This document shows positions 1 to 14,040 of a DNA stretch of 64,000 bases, piece by piece. The position numbers and the translations under genes are program-made. Under the pieces are notes generated by a model that did no database searches, was not told the origin of the DNA, and worked only from the letters and a program-made list of their open reading frames with translations. Position 1 is the stretch's first letter; each line of letters starts with the position of its first letter. Location of the stretch: NCBI RefSeq assembly GCF_009914755.1, contig NC_060947.1; one strand, written 5' to 3'. Origin of the DNA: the human T2T-CHM13v2.0 reference genome, Homo sapiens.

Positions 1-110
1 ATTTTTGCAGATGCAAAATCTGAGCCTCTGGGAGGATACATGGCTTGCTCTGGAGACAATTTTGTAAGGATTGGAACTCAGATGGGTCTGGCTCCAAGGA
101 GTTACCTTTT
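1..110 (-). mobile_element. MIR SINE fragment (degenerate)
   Basis: gcagatgcaaaatctgagcctctg...ggcttgctc...ggaactcag resembles the reverse-complement MIR core; boundaries approximate. Confidence 0.45.
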
Positions 111-1269
111 CTTTCACATCATGGTGTCTCCTATTAAGGGATGGAGTTAATGTGTTTGCAGAGGCACCTAAAGTATCCCAAAAAGTAAAATTGGAAGGTC
201 TAATCCAGGATGTTCCATCTTAAGCCTTGGCAACATTTGTTCAACTCTTACTTAACGTTGCCCAGTCTAAATGATGCTTCCAGTAATTTTAGCAATTTTA
301 ATTAAGTAGACAGAGTTGATTACTTCAATTGCCTGCATTGCCTTTTGTCAGTGATTCAAATCCAGCTATTTCACATGTTCAGAGCTCCCAAGTGCTTCAG
401 AAAAGTTCTAGGAGCTAAAGAGTTAAATGACTGGTGAATAAATCTTCACAATTTTCACACTTCTTTACTCAGTGGTGTCTCAGCATTTTTCTTGAATGGA
501 GCAGTTTCTTATAATTTTACTAGAAAGATTAAAACACGTTTGCAGTGAAGGTAGTATGCAAATACATGACATGCGTTGGATCCCTGAGGTAATCTAATGA
601 TATAATGCAGGGAGATTTAGTGAAAAATAAAGTCATAGCACCAAAACAATTGGTAGTAAAGCAAACAGAAAATTTCAAAGCCAGTTCTTTGGTTCTTCTT
701 CACCTGATGGCTCTTATCCTTTTTCTCTTTATCTTTTCCTTCTTGACTCCATTTTCTACTGCCTTGTGGCTTTCCAAAGAGTGAGGCAGGGATAAAGGCT
801 TGATTTTATGTGGAGACATCTTCTAACCATTTAAAATTCACAGCAAAAAATGTAATGGACTTAAAACTGCCAAAAATGATTGACTGGGAGTGGAAAATGA
901 AGAGGAATTTCTAGGAAGAAAAATGCTTAGTGGAGTACATTTCATTCTGGGGCCCATACTTGAAATTATAACCATCCCCACTTGCTGAGCACCTAATAGG
1001 AACTTTCCAAGTTGAGCAAATAGAGGTCAATAAAATAAGCTCCTTCCCATTAATAAAAGTTAGCTTATTATAGCCTTCTGCACTGTAAGCTGTCTTTTCA
1101 GCCAATGATTAATACCACCTAGAGCTTGCATATGGAGGGAAATTGAAGTAGGGTGAGTGAAGTGATTATTTTCAACAGTAGATTACCTAGAAAAAGACAA
1201 TTTAATGAATGAACAGGTAGGTTCATTTCTGGCCAAATTTCAAATGTGGTGTCAAAAATAAACACTTGA

Positions 1270-1583
1270 GGCCAGGCACAGTGGCTCATACCAGTAATCC
1301 CAGCACTTTGGGATGCTGAGGTGAGAGGATTGCTTGAGGCCAGGAGTTCAAAACAGGCCTGTTCAACATGGCAAGATCCCATCTCTATAAAAGAAAAAAA
1401 AAAACACACACTAGCTGGGCCCGGTGGCATGCCTCTGTAGTTCCAGCTCCTCGGGAGGCTGAGGCAGAGTATTGCTTGATCCCAGGAATCTGAGGCTTCC
1501 ATGAGCCATGATCCTGCCACTGCACTCCAGCCTGGGCAATAGAGGGAGACCCTGTCTCAAAACAAAACAAAACAAACAAACAA
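1270..1583 (+). mobile_element. AluJ-type SINE
   Basis: Dimeric Alu with J-like gaggattgcttgaggccaggagttc, a (CAAAA)n tail, and a perfect 16-bp TSD aaaaataaacacttga at 1254-1269 and 1584-1599. Confidence 0.93.
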
Positions 1584-2158
1584 AAAAATAAACACTTGAA
1601 AGCTAAGGACAGGAGAGGGTGCTGAAACTTACATATTCTTCTCCCATATAGATCCACAAAACTGAATCAATTGCATTTCCATTTATTTAAATAATTTGCA
1701 TGTATCAGCAGTGTATTCTTATCTTGGTTTGTAGATGAGTTTCTCTTTTCTTGCTGGACATAGAGTTAAATCTCACTTTTAAATCCCTTGAAATTGAAAT
1801 GTGATGAGCAGATGACTATAGGGAGCAGGTGTCAAACAATATTTAAATGACATTTTCAACAAAATAAATATTTGAACCACCCTGTCACATTGGTGATAGA
1901 ATAATCTGCTCCAAAAAAAAAAAATGCCATTCATTGTATACCGCCTCTGACATTTGTTCTTCAGGAATTACTTACAGTTTATCTTCTGAGCTGGAGCCTT
2001 TTATCAGCAAAGCAGTTGAACTACAGTGGAAAAAATGGTAATTGAGTATTTTATCAAATGCTTCTAACAAAATGGACTTTGCAACATGTACATGAAAATT
2101 AAAACCATTGGTTGCAGGGATGAACAAATTGGAATGATTTATTATCAGAAATATCAAT

Positions 2159-2283
2159 ATGTCACTGTTCAGAAATAGAAAGAAACAAACAATCTCAGTC
2201 TCCCTCCACATTAAAACAACCCCCATCCCATTCCCAGACATATGCACCCAAAGCACTCTTAGTTGCAGCCAAAGCAGTGGAAG
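2159..2283 (+). other. Candidate coding part of a host-gene exon (possible alternative first exon): MSLFRNRKKQTISVSLHIKTTPIPFPDICTQSTLSCSQSSG plus a phase-2 donor
   Basis: Non-repeat DNA; aatATGt with A at -3; 41 open codons run straight into a consensus donor AAG|GTAAGT (GT at 2284-2285); possible acceptor ttgttcttcag ending 1964. No transcript evidence available. Confidence 0.4.
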
Positions 2284-5200
2284 GTAAGTACATTTTAATT
2301 CTTTGTGCTAGCAAAACCGCTAAAGAAAAAGGAGAAAAAAGCATCATAATAATAGACCAGCTGCTGCAGGACATTATGTAAGGAAAAGAGACAGTAATAA
2401 AAGAACCATGTCAAAAGAAAGCAGCTATGAATGTATACTTCAGTGCTGGTGATTGCAGAAGGAGGATTAAATATAATATATGGGGCAATTTAGGAAAGTG
2501 AATTTACTGCTTATGTTTATCACCTAAGTAGCCAATGCCTTTAAAATGGGCTTTATTTAACTTATGTAACATAGCTTTAAAAAACGGCATTAGAAGAATA
2601 GCATTGCAGGAGTATTTTATACTAATTATTTAAATTTTGCATTTATTTAGATTTATTTAGATTAAATGCACCATATGTGTGAGTTCAGGTTGGAGACATC
2701 AAGTAGATTAACAACAAGTAGATTAACAACATGGGTGGGAGTGGATGTGTTTTTTCTTGAATTTAATTGAATTTTAATGCAATTATTGTTTTTTCTTGAA
2801 TTTAATTGAATAAATTGAATATTAAGGTTTTTCTTTTTAAAGAAAAAGGTCAGAAATAAAATGTGTAAAAGAGAAACCCTTTTTGTGACAGTTCAAGCTG
2901 CTTTTAAAAATGGTGTCTTGACTTTGGGGATGTCACTGAATAAGAATGTTTAGCTTCCTTCCAGGCTGCCAGCAGGATGCCATTGTCTGTGCTGTTCTTC
3001 TCTGTGTGAATCTAAGAGTTTACTTCTCTCACCCATGATCACCCATGACTATTCACTAAGTACAAATCAAATGGGCTTACATCAGGTAGAAACCCAGACT
3101 GGGACCTTTTTTAAGGCATGCAGAAAACAATTAGGTATACCTCTTTAAGACTGGATAAAGAGAACTTTATTTTCTTCCCTCATTTCCCTAAAACTTCCAT
3201 CTCCTTTAGATCTTTTGGATATAAAATTCAAGAGGCAATTGATTGTTAGTTACATGCCAAGCTTAGTATAATTTTATAAAGCAGTCATAGGTAGTTGAAT
3301 AATATTTTTAAAAACCTAAGGAATCTTCTTCTACATTGCTTTTTAGCTACATGAAAAGAAAATGATTTTCTGTATATAATTTATGTATAGTGTATGCTTA
3401 AAATATTTCTCTGAATTAGTTATTGCAAGCAACTTGCAAAACTGGATTCATCTAGAGGGTTGAGCAAAACTAGCAAATTTGTAGGAAAAAAAGGTAAAAT
3501 CAAATTACTAACTTGCACTTGGGAGAGAACATTCTGAATTAATGAAAAGTTTGACAGGATATTTTTTAAAGTTATAATTTTTCATGTACATTTAGTAGCT
3601 TGAATTGCTCTTTTCTGGCGGCTGTCAGAGACTATTTTAATGAACACATATTTGCATACACTTATTGTGCGAAAGTTTTTAAGTAGCCTTTTCTCTCAGC
3701 TAAGCCAGCTCAATTACCAGTTTATTTACATGTTTAATAATTTTTGCAAACTCATTTTTATTAGATAGTATAAAGATATTCAAAATTTGTATCTGTGAAA
3801 CTGTAGGGTTGTATCCTTTATACTAAAAGCCTGATATCTTTACTAGTTCTGCCCAATCCAGGTTAAATGGGTAGTTCAATCTCATGACCTTTTAAAAACC
3901 TAAAGATGTTACGAAACTGTTGTCTTACAATTGAACCAACACTGTTACTTACTACATGTGTCTGTTTGTGTGAAAAGGCAAAATCTTTCCCAATACTTCT
4001 ATTTTTGTATTATAAATAGTATTATTGAAAGAGAGGCCTGGTCGTGTTATGAAAGAACTGATGGGCTTAGGCTCCTTTTTCACAGCTCATGGCACTATGC
4101 TATATAGACTTGCCCCTCACTGTGAAGGCCAATCAATTGATTTCTTTTAGATTCAAGAAAAATAATTCCCAAGTTCTCAGGTCTCTGTGGGAAACATCCT
4201 TTATCATTTTTGCTGAAGTACAAACCTAGGGGTAGGAGAACCAGAGGACTGTAATTAACATCTCCAGTCCTAAAGATGCATGGGTAGTTGGGAGGGGTTC
4301 GTAATCTCCGTGGCCATTAGATTCAAAGCCATCTTAAAAGGTCTAACCATAAGCTCAGCATTGAAATATACAGAAAATCAGTGCATACTATGAAGAGTGG
4401 ATATGGCAGTTCCTTGTACTTCTATGGTTTAATAGAAGCTGTTCTTTTTATAAATGAATACATATCGTTGATATTATTGCGGGACAGATGAGTGGCAAAA
4501 CAAGATTCTCCCAGTCTTCCTAGAGTGTAAGTGATCTTCTCTTAAGGAAACATATTTATTTACTTCCAATAGTACACATTATATTATATTCCTAAAAGAC
4601 CAATGTCACCCTTTGTATTCTAAAAGGCTTGTTACCACTTTTTTTTCCCCTTTCAGTGCTGACCAATTCTTACAGAGCACAGGTAAAGGGTGAAAGTTTT
4701 AAAAAACAGAAAACATTATTTATTTTTATTCTTTAGTGATTAGCTTTTCTTTTTCATTTCTCCTCGAATCATAGTCCCAGAAACTTTATATTTTAGTTTT
4801 TCAGGAAGTACTATTTGAATAAAGGAAATCTGGTGGGCATACATTATCTTTGAATAAACATTTTGAATATTTGCACATACTATAAAATCAGAGAATACTA
4901 ATTGTGCCTCTCTATTTCTTCTTGCATCTTGTGAAAGAGTTGGTGCCTGTTAAAGCATATTCCACAGATTCTGAGATCACAGGAAAAAAGAGATATATTT
5001 TATTGTCTTAAGGTGAAACTTTTGTGGAGGAGAGATTTCTTCAAAAAGGGAGGCAAGGGTGGTGATTAGAATGGACACGTGCCTGGGAGATGGCAGAGCT
5101 ATCTATAAAATACACATAAATAACATCACATCTGTTTATGTGTATTATGTAGACAGTATTATTAGTTATAGGTATGATCATGTTATTTATGTGTGTAATG

Positions 5201-5369
5201 TAGATAATACGTATGTGCATGTGTGTATGTGTGTGTGTATGTGTATATATGATTTGTGTCTTTAGGAGTAGGTGAAAAGGCTACTTTTTTACTCTGCATG
5301 TAAAACTGAAGGGATTTCAACCAACAAAATGAACTTGTTCATAACTAGAACTTGAATTTAGAGAAAAAA

Positions 5370-5555
5370 CAGTGGTTTTCAACCTTTATCATGCCTCAGA
5401 ATCCCCTCAAGGGTTTGTTAAAACACAGATTGCTGGGCCCCACCCCCTAAGTTTCTGATTTGCTAGGTGTGGGATAGGACTGAGACTTTGGATTTCTAAC
5501 AAGTTCCCAGGTGATGTCCATGCTGCTTGTCCAGAGACCACACAGAGAAACACTG
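5370..5555. mobile_element. MER5A hAT-Charlie MITE
   Basis: Terminal inverted ends cagtggttttc...gagaaacactg, internal acacagattgctgggccccacccc and ttctaacaagttcccaggtgatg; 186 bp. Confidence 0.88.
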
Positions 5556-5659
5556 TTTTAGAATCAATCTATTATATTTCACTTTCATATTCAATTTACC
5601 TGAACTGTGCTGGAAACACGGGTGTCATACAACCGTAGTCAACAAAATGATTTAAAACA

Positions 5660-5750
5660 ATAAGTCCCTGAGCTTTAGTTTCCTTATCTGTAGAATGAAG
5701 AAATTAGACTTGCATAATTTTGAAGGCCACTGCAAAACTGACGTTCTAAA
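5660..5750 (+). mobile_element. MIR-family fragment
   Basis: ccctgagctttagtttccttatctgtagaatg matches the MIR core. Confidence 0.6.
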
Positions 5751-5862
5751 AACATTATAAGATAGTGGCAACTGATACTGTCAAAGTATATAGTTTTGTC
5801 TATTCCGTGTCTTCATGCAAAGTTTCATGCAACATATTGCATGCAAATTTGTAGCTTGATTT

Positions 5863-6120
5863 GGAGGCAGCATAATCTAATAGTTAATAGTGTGGGTTCT
5901 TGAACCAGACTGCCCGGTTTTGAGTATTACCTTTGCAATTGACTATGATTGTGACTTTGGGCATGTTACTTAACTTCTCTGGACCTCAGTTTTCTTAACA
6001 TGTTATATGGTCCCTTCCTTGTGGAGTTATGAAAAATAAGTTGTACTACACATTAGAAGTGTATAAAACATGTTACTGCTCCATAGCAGTGCCATGTAAC
6101 TATCAGTTACTATTTGTTAA
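5863..6120 (+). mobile_element. MIR SINE
   Basis: gtgactttgggcatgttacttaacttctctggacctcagtttt core with a tRNA-derived 5' part. Confidence 0.78.
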
Positions 6121-6844
6121 TTATGTACATTTACCTTTTTTAAATGTTTTTATAGAATATTGAACTGTTGTCTTTGATAGTTAATATATATTATGGATAA
6201 AAAATAATTCAGATGGTCTGAAATCATCATACTGATGCATGTCAGAATACTTTTGAAATTATATTTTCTCAATGTTTGAAGCCAGATTTAAATCAATTTA
6301 ATCAAATTATTTGATTATCTTTAAATTGACAAATGATCATGAGTTTACACCAATGACTAGCTATGCTGTTGATTTGTAATAGTTGAAATGAATATGTCAT
6401 CATTACTGTGGATGAAGTCTTCTGTGTACAGATGTACACGTATGCAATTATCTGAATATTTAATATCCAAATGTTAAGAAATATTCCTTAAGTGCTAGAA
6501 AATAGAGATCAGTGAGCATAACCTTATTTATTGGAAGCTCCTATATTGAGACAAATGTTCATATAGAAATCTGTGAATATAACAATCTATATAAATATGA
6601 ATAAGCATTTGAGGATGGTCTTGATTATTTAAATATATATTTTGTGTTTATGGAATTTTATGTTTGGGAGATTTTACACACAAAATCTGAAAATTCAAAA
6701 TCTGGAAATTTCAAAAGCTATTGATTTGTCCTGAACTTTTTCATTCATGTTATCTTTAGTTTCTTGAAAATCAGTACTTAGTATAAACACTAATGATTTA
6801 AATGTCTCTCAAAGATGGATTTGTAGGTCTTTGCATGGGCCAGC

Positions 6845-6965
6845 AGGCTGTGTGTCTTTGGTCAGTTCATTTAATCTTTTAGAGCCCTCAGTTCCCTCAT
6901 TTGTAAAACGATGTGGTCAGCATCAATGGTTTTAAGTTCCCTCTTAGCCATAATATTCTATGATT
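6845..6965 (+). mobile_element. MIR-family fragment
   Basis: gctgtgtgtctttggtcagttcatttaatc...cctcagttccctcatttgtaaaa. Confidence 0.7.
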
Positions 6966-7542
6966 CTTATACTATTAATACTGTAGGAAAGTAATCACAG
7001 TAATGTGACAAATAGAAATTATTCATGCTTCATTGTCTGCATGTTTTAAAATCATTCCTGGCTTAGGCTTAGTGTCCCCCCACCCCATTTGCTGATATTA
7101 AATGTTATAGTTCCATTCTATAGACCTAAATCTCACTATACATTGGCTGCATGGGTAATATAGATAAAAGAACTTCTCCTTACATAAATGGCATAAACAT
7201 CAGTCTGCCTAGCTAAATTCTGACATCAAAAAATTCTGACACCAAAAATTCTGACACTATGTGCTAATTGTTTTATGTCTATGTGTTTGTAATTGGGAGA
7301 ACAGCAGTAGATGAGAAAAATTGTCAGGAAAGAAAAAAGATCACTAGAAAACCTAAGCAAAAAATTTCTTTCAAGAAGTTTAGTGATTTCAACTTTGCGT
7401 GTGAAAAGAGCTGGGTTAAATTCATTTTATTATGTGCCAAAGGGCCATAATATAACAGGCTTCCTTCATTGTTTAATTCATATAATGAAAAAATAAGAGA
7501 CTCAAATTCCTTGTGTTCTTTGAGAAAAAGTAATCATAGTAA

Positions 7543-8105
<563 letters not shown>

Positions 8106-8650
8106 AATTTATTTTAATTTTTGTGGTTACATAGTAGGTGTATATATTTATGGGGTACATGAGATGTTTTGATACAGGCATGCGATCTATAATAATCACA
8201 TCTTATAAAATGGAGTATCCATCCCCTCAAGAATTTATCCTTTGTGTTACAGTCCAGTTACCCTCTTTCAGTTATTTTAAAATGTACAATTAAGTTACTA
8301 TTGACTATAGTCACCCTGTTGTGCTATCAAATACTAGATGTTATTCATTCTTTCTAACTATTTTTTTGTACCTATGAAACATCCCTATCTACCCCTCCCC
8401 ACCCCCCAACTACCCTTCTCAGCCTCTGGTAACCAGCATACTCTCTATGTTCATGAGATCAATTGTTTTGATTTTTAAATCCCACAACTAAGTTAGAACA
8501 TGTGATGTTTGCAATGTTTATCTTTCTGTGCCTGGCTTATTTCATTTAGCATAGTGACCTCCAGTATTATCCCGTGTTGTTGCAAATGACAGAATCTCTT
8601 TATTTTTTTGTGGCTGGATAGAACTCCTTTGTGTATATGTACCACATTTT
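8106..8650 (-). mobile_element. L1MA-type 3' end fragment
   Basis: ttttgtggttacatagtaggtgtatatatttatggggtacatgagatg is an L1MA 3' UTR, similar to 14650-15180. Confidence 0.85.
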
Positions 8651-10227
8651 CGAACTTTCTAAGAACCTGTTGATGACAACTTTGAGGACTTACTCTATAA
8701 ATGTTGCTGAAAGCGCTTTGGCCTACTAACATATTTGGCTTGAGCTTTTAACAGCTAAATTCTACACACCACATAAAGGGACAGTCCACTGGCACATATT
8801 TTAGTGACTCAGACAGAAGTATAACAATTTTTAAAAGTGCAAGATCTGATAATACAGGTAATCAAATTTCACACTTAACAGAATATGCTGTTCTTCAAGG
8901 GCAGGGAGGAAATTTTCTGAAGAAGAGATATACAGAACTCAACAATTGACTAGGTACATTATTTACCAAAGGCAGGACTGAAATTTAGAAGTATACTACA
9001 ATGAAACAAATATTACATAGAAATGACATGTTAGAACCTATTTTTGGTCTCTAATGAGGTTCTTTGAGATTTGTCATTTTGTGTTAAAAAGTACTCTGAG
9101 GCTTTTAGGGCTTTGCTGTTTGGTTTTATATATTCACTATTATTGTCAACAAGGATAACATTTTTCAGCTAATAAGATGAGTGGTTCAAAGTATAAGGCT
9201 TTCAGAAAAGTGAATATAAAACAATTCTTCACCCACTCCTCAAAGCAGGAAACAAACTAAGATAAGATTCATGTTTTAATTATATATATATATATTATAT
9301 ATATATATATATTTTTTTTTTTTCCTAAAGAGTTTACCACCTTTTACATGTATTTTGTCATTCAGATGATTCTTCCACTGGGTTGGCTTGGCTTGGGGGT
9401 GGGGATACATGCAGATTGTAGAAATCCACATTTCCAAATGGATGTGTTTTGGTCAGAGTAAAGTTGAGTGACCTGCCGAGCTTTGAAGATGGATATCAGA
9501 ACCTAGTTCTTCTGATTCCCAATCAAATACTCTGTTCTTTAGACTTTGACACAAAATATGGCTTTGAATGCTAATGCCTTTGTTTCTACACTGATATTGA
9601 ATATAGAAAAGAGACAACACATAGATTGCTTTTTGAGACTATAGCAGGGGACTTCTGAGAATGGAACAAGTGGAAGGGAAAATAAGACAATGGCCATCAA
9701 GTACATTTCTCCACATACACACTTGTGAATAGCTCACTCTCTACAAAAGACCTACGAGTCAAGTGTAGTATTTCAGCACCTCTAGAAGTCACTTGGATTA
9801 AAAGATATGGTTAGATAGAGGTGGGATTCATTTCATGCCAGAATTTTTAAAAGCTTTATGAGGTTAATTCCTCAATAGTCATTGATTTCGATGCTTCAAA
9901 GCCACAAGCAGGTTATCAAAACCTTCCACCCTTTATATTTTCTACATATTTTAGAAAATTCTCTTTTAACTTATTTATAATTGCTCTTGCCAAATACATT
10001 GTTATATTTGGATAATGGAAAGACAGGGTGTAGACTTAACTGCATGTAAAATATTGTGTCTCCATCTGGTTTCATAGTATACAGATTGCATCTGTGTTTC
10101 ACTTTATTATGTGAGTGAATGCAGATATTCTTTTCTGGCTACTTGTGGGTCCCCAATAGAGGGAGAAATCACTTCTTTTTAAAAGAAATAAAAATAAATT
10201 AATATTTAGATAAACATCTGTAATATC

Positions 10228-10460
10228 TTTCATTTGAATCAATCAGTTAATTAACTGTATCTTCGTTGTCGACTATGTGGCCACCCTATAATAGATATTG
10301 GGAAATTTCTAAGAAATATAAGACATTTTGGCACTTACAGAACTCATAGTCTTTTGTAAGAATGAAGATGTACAAAAAATTAGAGTACACAGCAACCCTA
10401 TAACAAATAAGTGCCAAATAATGTATTATAGAGAACAAGTGCTACAGGAAGTCAGAGAAG
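10228..10460 (-). mobile_element. L2 LINE fragment
   Basis: Degenerate L2 3' end in reverse orientation (ttcatt...gactatgtggcc...gatattggg...aagaca...gaactcatagtc). Confidence 0.5.
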
Positions 10461-11106
10461 AGATTGATAAAAGAGAGGACCATCAAGGCTCTTCAAGAAT
10501 TAGCTTGTTTGACTCTCTGACAATGTTAGTGCTGTTGTTTCAGCCTTATAGGGCAGTCCCTAAGTGTTCCCTGCTTAAATTTCTATTTGTAATATTTCAA
10601 GGCAAATTCAAATTCCATCTTTTCCATGAATCCACATAGTTAATTTGATTTTTCCTTTTCTGTACACAGAATATTATAATGCAATATTTCTATAATATAT
10701 TTGCCTTTAGTTTCTGTCACAGTACTTTGCTCATAGCAGAATTTCAATGAATGCTATATTCAATGGAACTATTAAAGATTAGAAATGTAAAGAATCTGAG
10801 ACGTGAAAGATGAGTAGGAATTGGTTGAGCAGGGAGAAGTAAGGAACATAGCCATGGGGGTGCAAATGAATTTGGTGACGGTAGAAGCAGTAAGAACACT
10901 ATGTTCCAAAATGTACATTTTGATTTGGGTGTAATAAAATCATTTTTAAATTTTCCATTCTACTCCCAGAACCAAGACATTTTAATGCAAGAGCTAAAAT
11001 ATGTTACCTTAAATTTTATCATGCCCTTGTTAAAATAGTTTTATAAAAAGGATCAGTGTATTTCCAACTTTCCTTCCTCAAATAATGCCTACTACACTAA
11101 ATGTAC

Positions 11107-11468
11107 TTTTTGATTTGTACAAATTTGTGGGGTACAAGTGCAATTTTGTTATATGCATAGATTGTGTAGTGGTGAAGTGAGGGCATTTAGGGTATCCATC
11201 ACCTTAATAATGTACACTGTACCCATTAAGTAATTTCTCATCCCTCACTCCCTGCCCAGCTCCCCATGCTTCTCAGTCTCCAGTGTTTATTATTCCACAC
11301 TTTGTGACCATGTTTACACATTATTTAGCTCTCACTTATGTGAGAACATGTGGTATTTGACTTTCTGTTTTTGAGTTGTTTCACTTAAGATAATGGCCTC
11401 CAGTTCCATCCATGTTGCTGCGAAACATATGATTTCATTCTTTTTAATGGCTGAATAGTATTCCTTTG

Positions 11469-11509
<41 letters not shown>

Positions 11510-11581
11510 CACATTTTCTTTAATTACTTGTTGATGGATGCTTAGGTTTATTTCATACCTTTGCTATTGTGAATAGTGCTG
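11107..11581 (-). mobile_element. Old L1 (L1PB/L1MA) 3' fragment with internal (TG)n
   Basis: L1 3' UTR gtgagaacatgtggtatttgactttctg; (TG)n about 11472-11504; degenerate TSD taaatgtact / taaatatact. Confidence 0.85.
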
Positions 11582-13705
11582 TAAATATACTATTTTAACA
11601 GAGGGAATTTTGAGAAAAATTAGAACAATGTCAAGATGACAAAATTTAACTTGGATTCAGAGAGAACTAAAGGGTAGCAGTGCCTCACACTCCCTGCAAG
11701 TAGCTAGAGTTTACAGGTAAGACAACAGCAGCAACAGCAGCAGCAACAACAATGAGAAAAATAGCTTTGTATAAAAACCAGCCATGAAGAAAACATCTTC
11801 GTGTGAGCATTACTAAGATAATTTTAGATTGGAGTAGATTGGACACCTGATGAAAGGAATAGAGAGATCTCTAGTTCTTTCCGATGCAAAGTAAAAATTT
11901 CAAAACTAGTAACATTGAGGAGGGACTAAGTTTACATTGCTATTGATTTGAATTGTATGGATGAGTTTAGAAGTCAGCTCAAGTGAGGTGTTCTATGTCA
12001 GAGAAAACAAGTCCCTATAAAGGTTTACTTGATGATTCCATATAATAAGATTAGTTGAAAATTGTTTTTTAATGAAGAAAATCTTTCTCTAGCATTTTAA
12101 ATACTATCAGATCTCTCAATGCGATAACGTAGCTTTTAATCAACATACCAGCAAATCAGTGGCTTTCTTGGTTTATGTTGTATCTGTTGACTGCATTGTA
12201 GTTATGTTTTTGGGAGGAAGGAGATCTAGAGATTTTTAATGCTAATAGGCCCACCAAAGAGATTTCCCTTCTTCCCAAGTTGTTTCCTTCCTTTGTAAGA
12301 AAGATGACAACCAAATGGGAGACATGCAAATGACCCCATGCCACTCAATAGACAAACCAATTATATGATAATAGTTTTATAAATGCATTCATGTTTCTAT
12401 TTCCATTCATAGACCTTTTTGTAGTTCCCCAGTTTTCTATATGTACATTTCAGAAGAACAAAATTGTAGAAATAAAACATTATGTATTTTTTTACCATGA
12501 ATAATTAGATATTTGTTCCCAGAAGTCCTTATTTAACATTCAATTAGCTCTATACATCAATTTCCTATTTGTTTATTTTAAAATGAGCCTTTTTCCTATG
12601 AAATCTCACACTGTATTTGAATAGGATGTCCAGCCAGTTTTCTTAGGATTTGCATGACTTGCTGGTTGTTAATTATACTTTAATTGAATCTTTCTAAACT
12701 CTGTTTAGCACACTTGCATTGTTACATATTTAGTAATGCCTTACTTAGTCTTCTGAAAGAGTACATATATCCCACTGGTTCCTAACAAGAATGCGGACTA
12801 TGACTATTTGGTGTGAAAAAAGTTTCCTTTCAAGCAAATATTCCATCAGACAAAATGAAAAATTATTAAAAAGAGTTTCAGCATACACCATCTACATTTT
12901 TTCCAGATATACAAAAGTGTGTTTTGGTATAAATGTAGTCAATATGGGATATGATGATTTTTGAGAGATCTATAGTATTATGGTTTTGTGGGGAATAAAA
13001 ATCATTCACCTGAAAACAAGCCAGGCTCTTGATATTAGTAACTTTTCAGAAAATAAAAAATACTTTGCTTTTCCAAATTTTATCATTCTGGTCTAGTGGG
13101 ATTACACCCCAATTCACATTTAAGAGCAAACCAGTGGATCACAGAAATAATATGCTTGTTCCTTTAGAATTTATTTGAACGTTCAGAGTATTTCTTTTGA
13201 TCTTTACAGAATGTGCATTTTAGATGTAGATATCCTATTTAGGTATTTTTATATTTTTCCTTTAGGAAACATTATTTGCATGCATTCTGTGCTAGAAGTT
13301 TCAAGGTCAGCATTTCTTGCACAGTTGTAATAGTCCCAACAGAAAGATAAATATATATTGACTGAGGCTGGAGTTCTAGTTCTTTCAGTTGCTGAAGGTC
13401 AACAGCCCCTTAGAGATACTCTCCAACCTTCAAATATCTGTAGGTTAAATTACTGGTAAATCACTGCACCTTTCTAAATGGAGGAAACCGACATTGTACT
13501 GGGAAGCAGAACTATGTATTGTGTGTTTTGACTGTTGTAATTTTGAACAAGATAGGAAGCAATTTCAATCCAGGCATGGTTCCAAAACTTTATGGAAATG
13601 ATTGCAAAACTGACCACTCAGGCTGAATATTACTAGGCAAAAAGATTTAGGGGCATCATTTCTTTGGCAGATTTAAGTTGTAACATTGTCATAGGATTTA
13701 TTTAG

Positions 13706-14040
<335 letters not shown>

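Noticed and set aside
1119-1657. 133-aa and 90-aa ORFs, and similar ORFs at 7703, 24891, 24964, 35081, 63404 and 63463
   Set aside because: Alu-derived translations ([22 protein letters not shown] signatures)
5811-5850. Cluster of ATGCAA motifs with an octamer and a small palindrome
   Set aside because: Wedged between MIR fragments; octamers are frequent by chance in AT-rich DNA
11722-11752. Short CAG/CAA run
   Set aside because: About 10 interrupted units, not within an exon-like ORF
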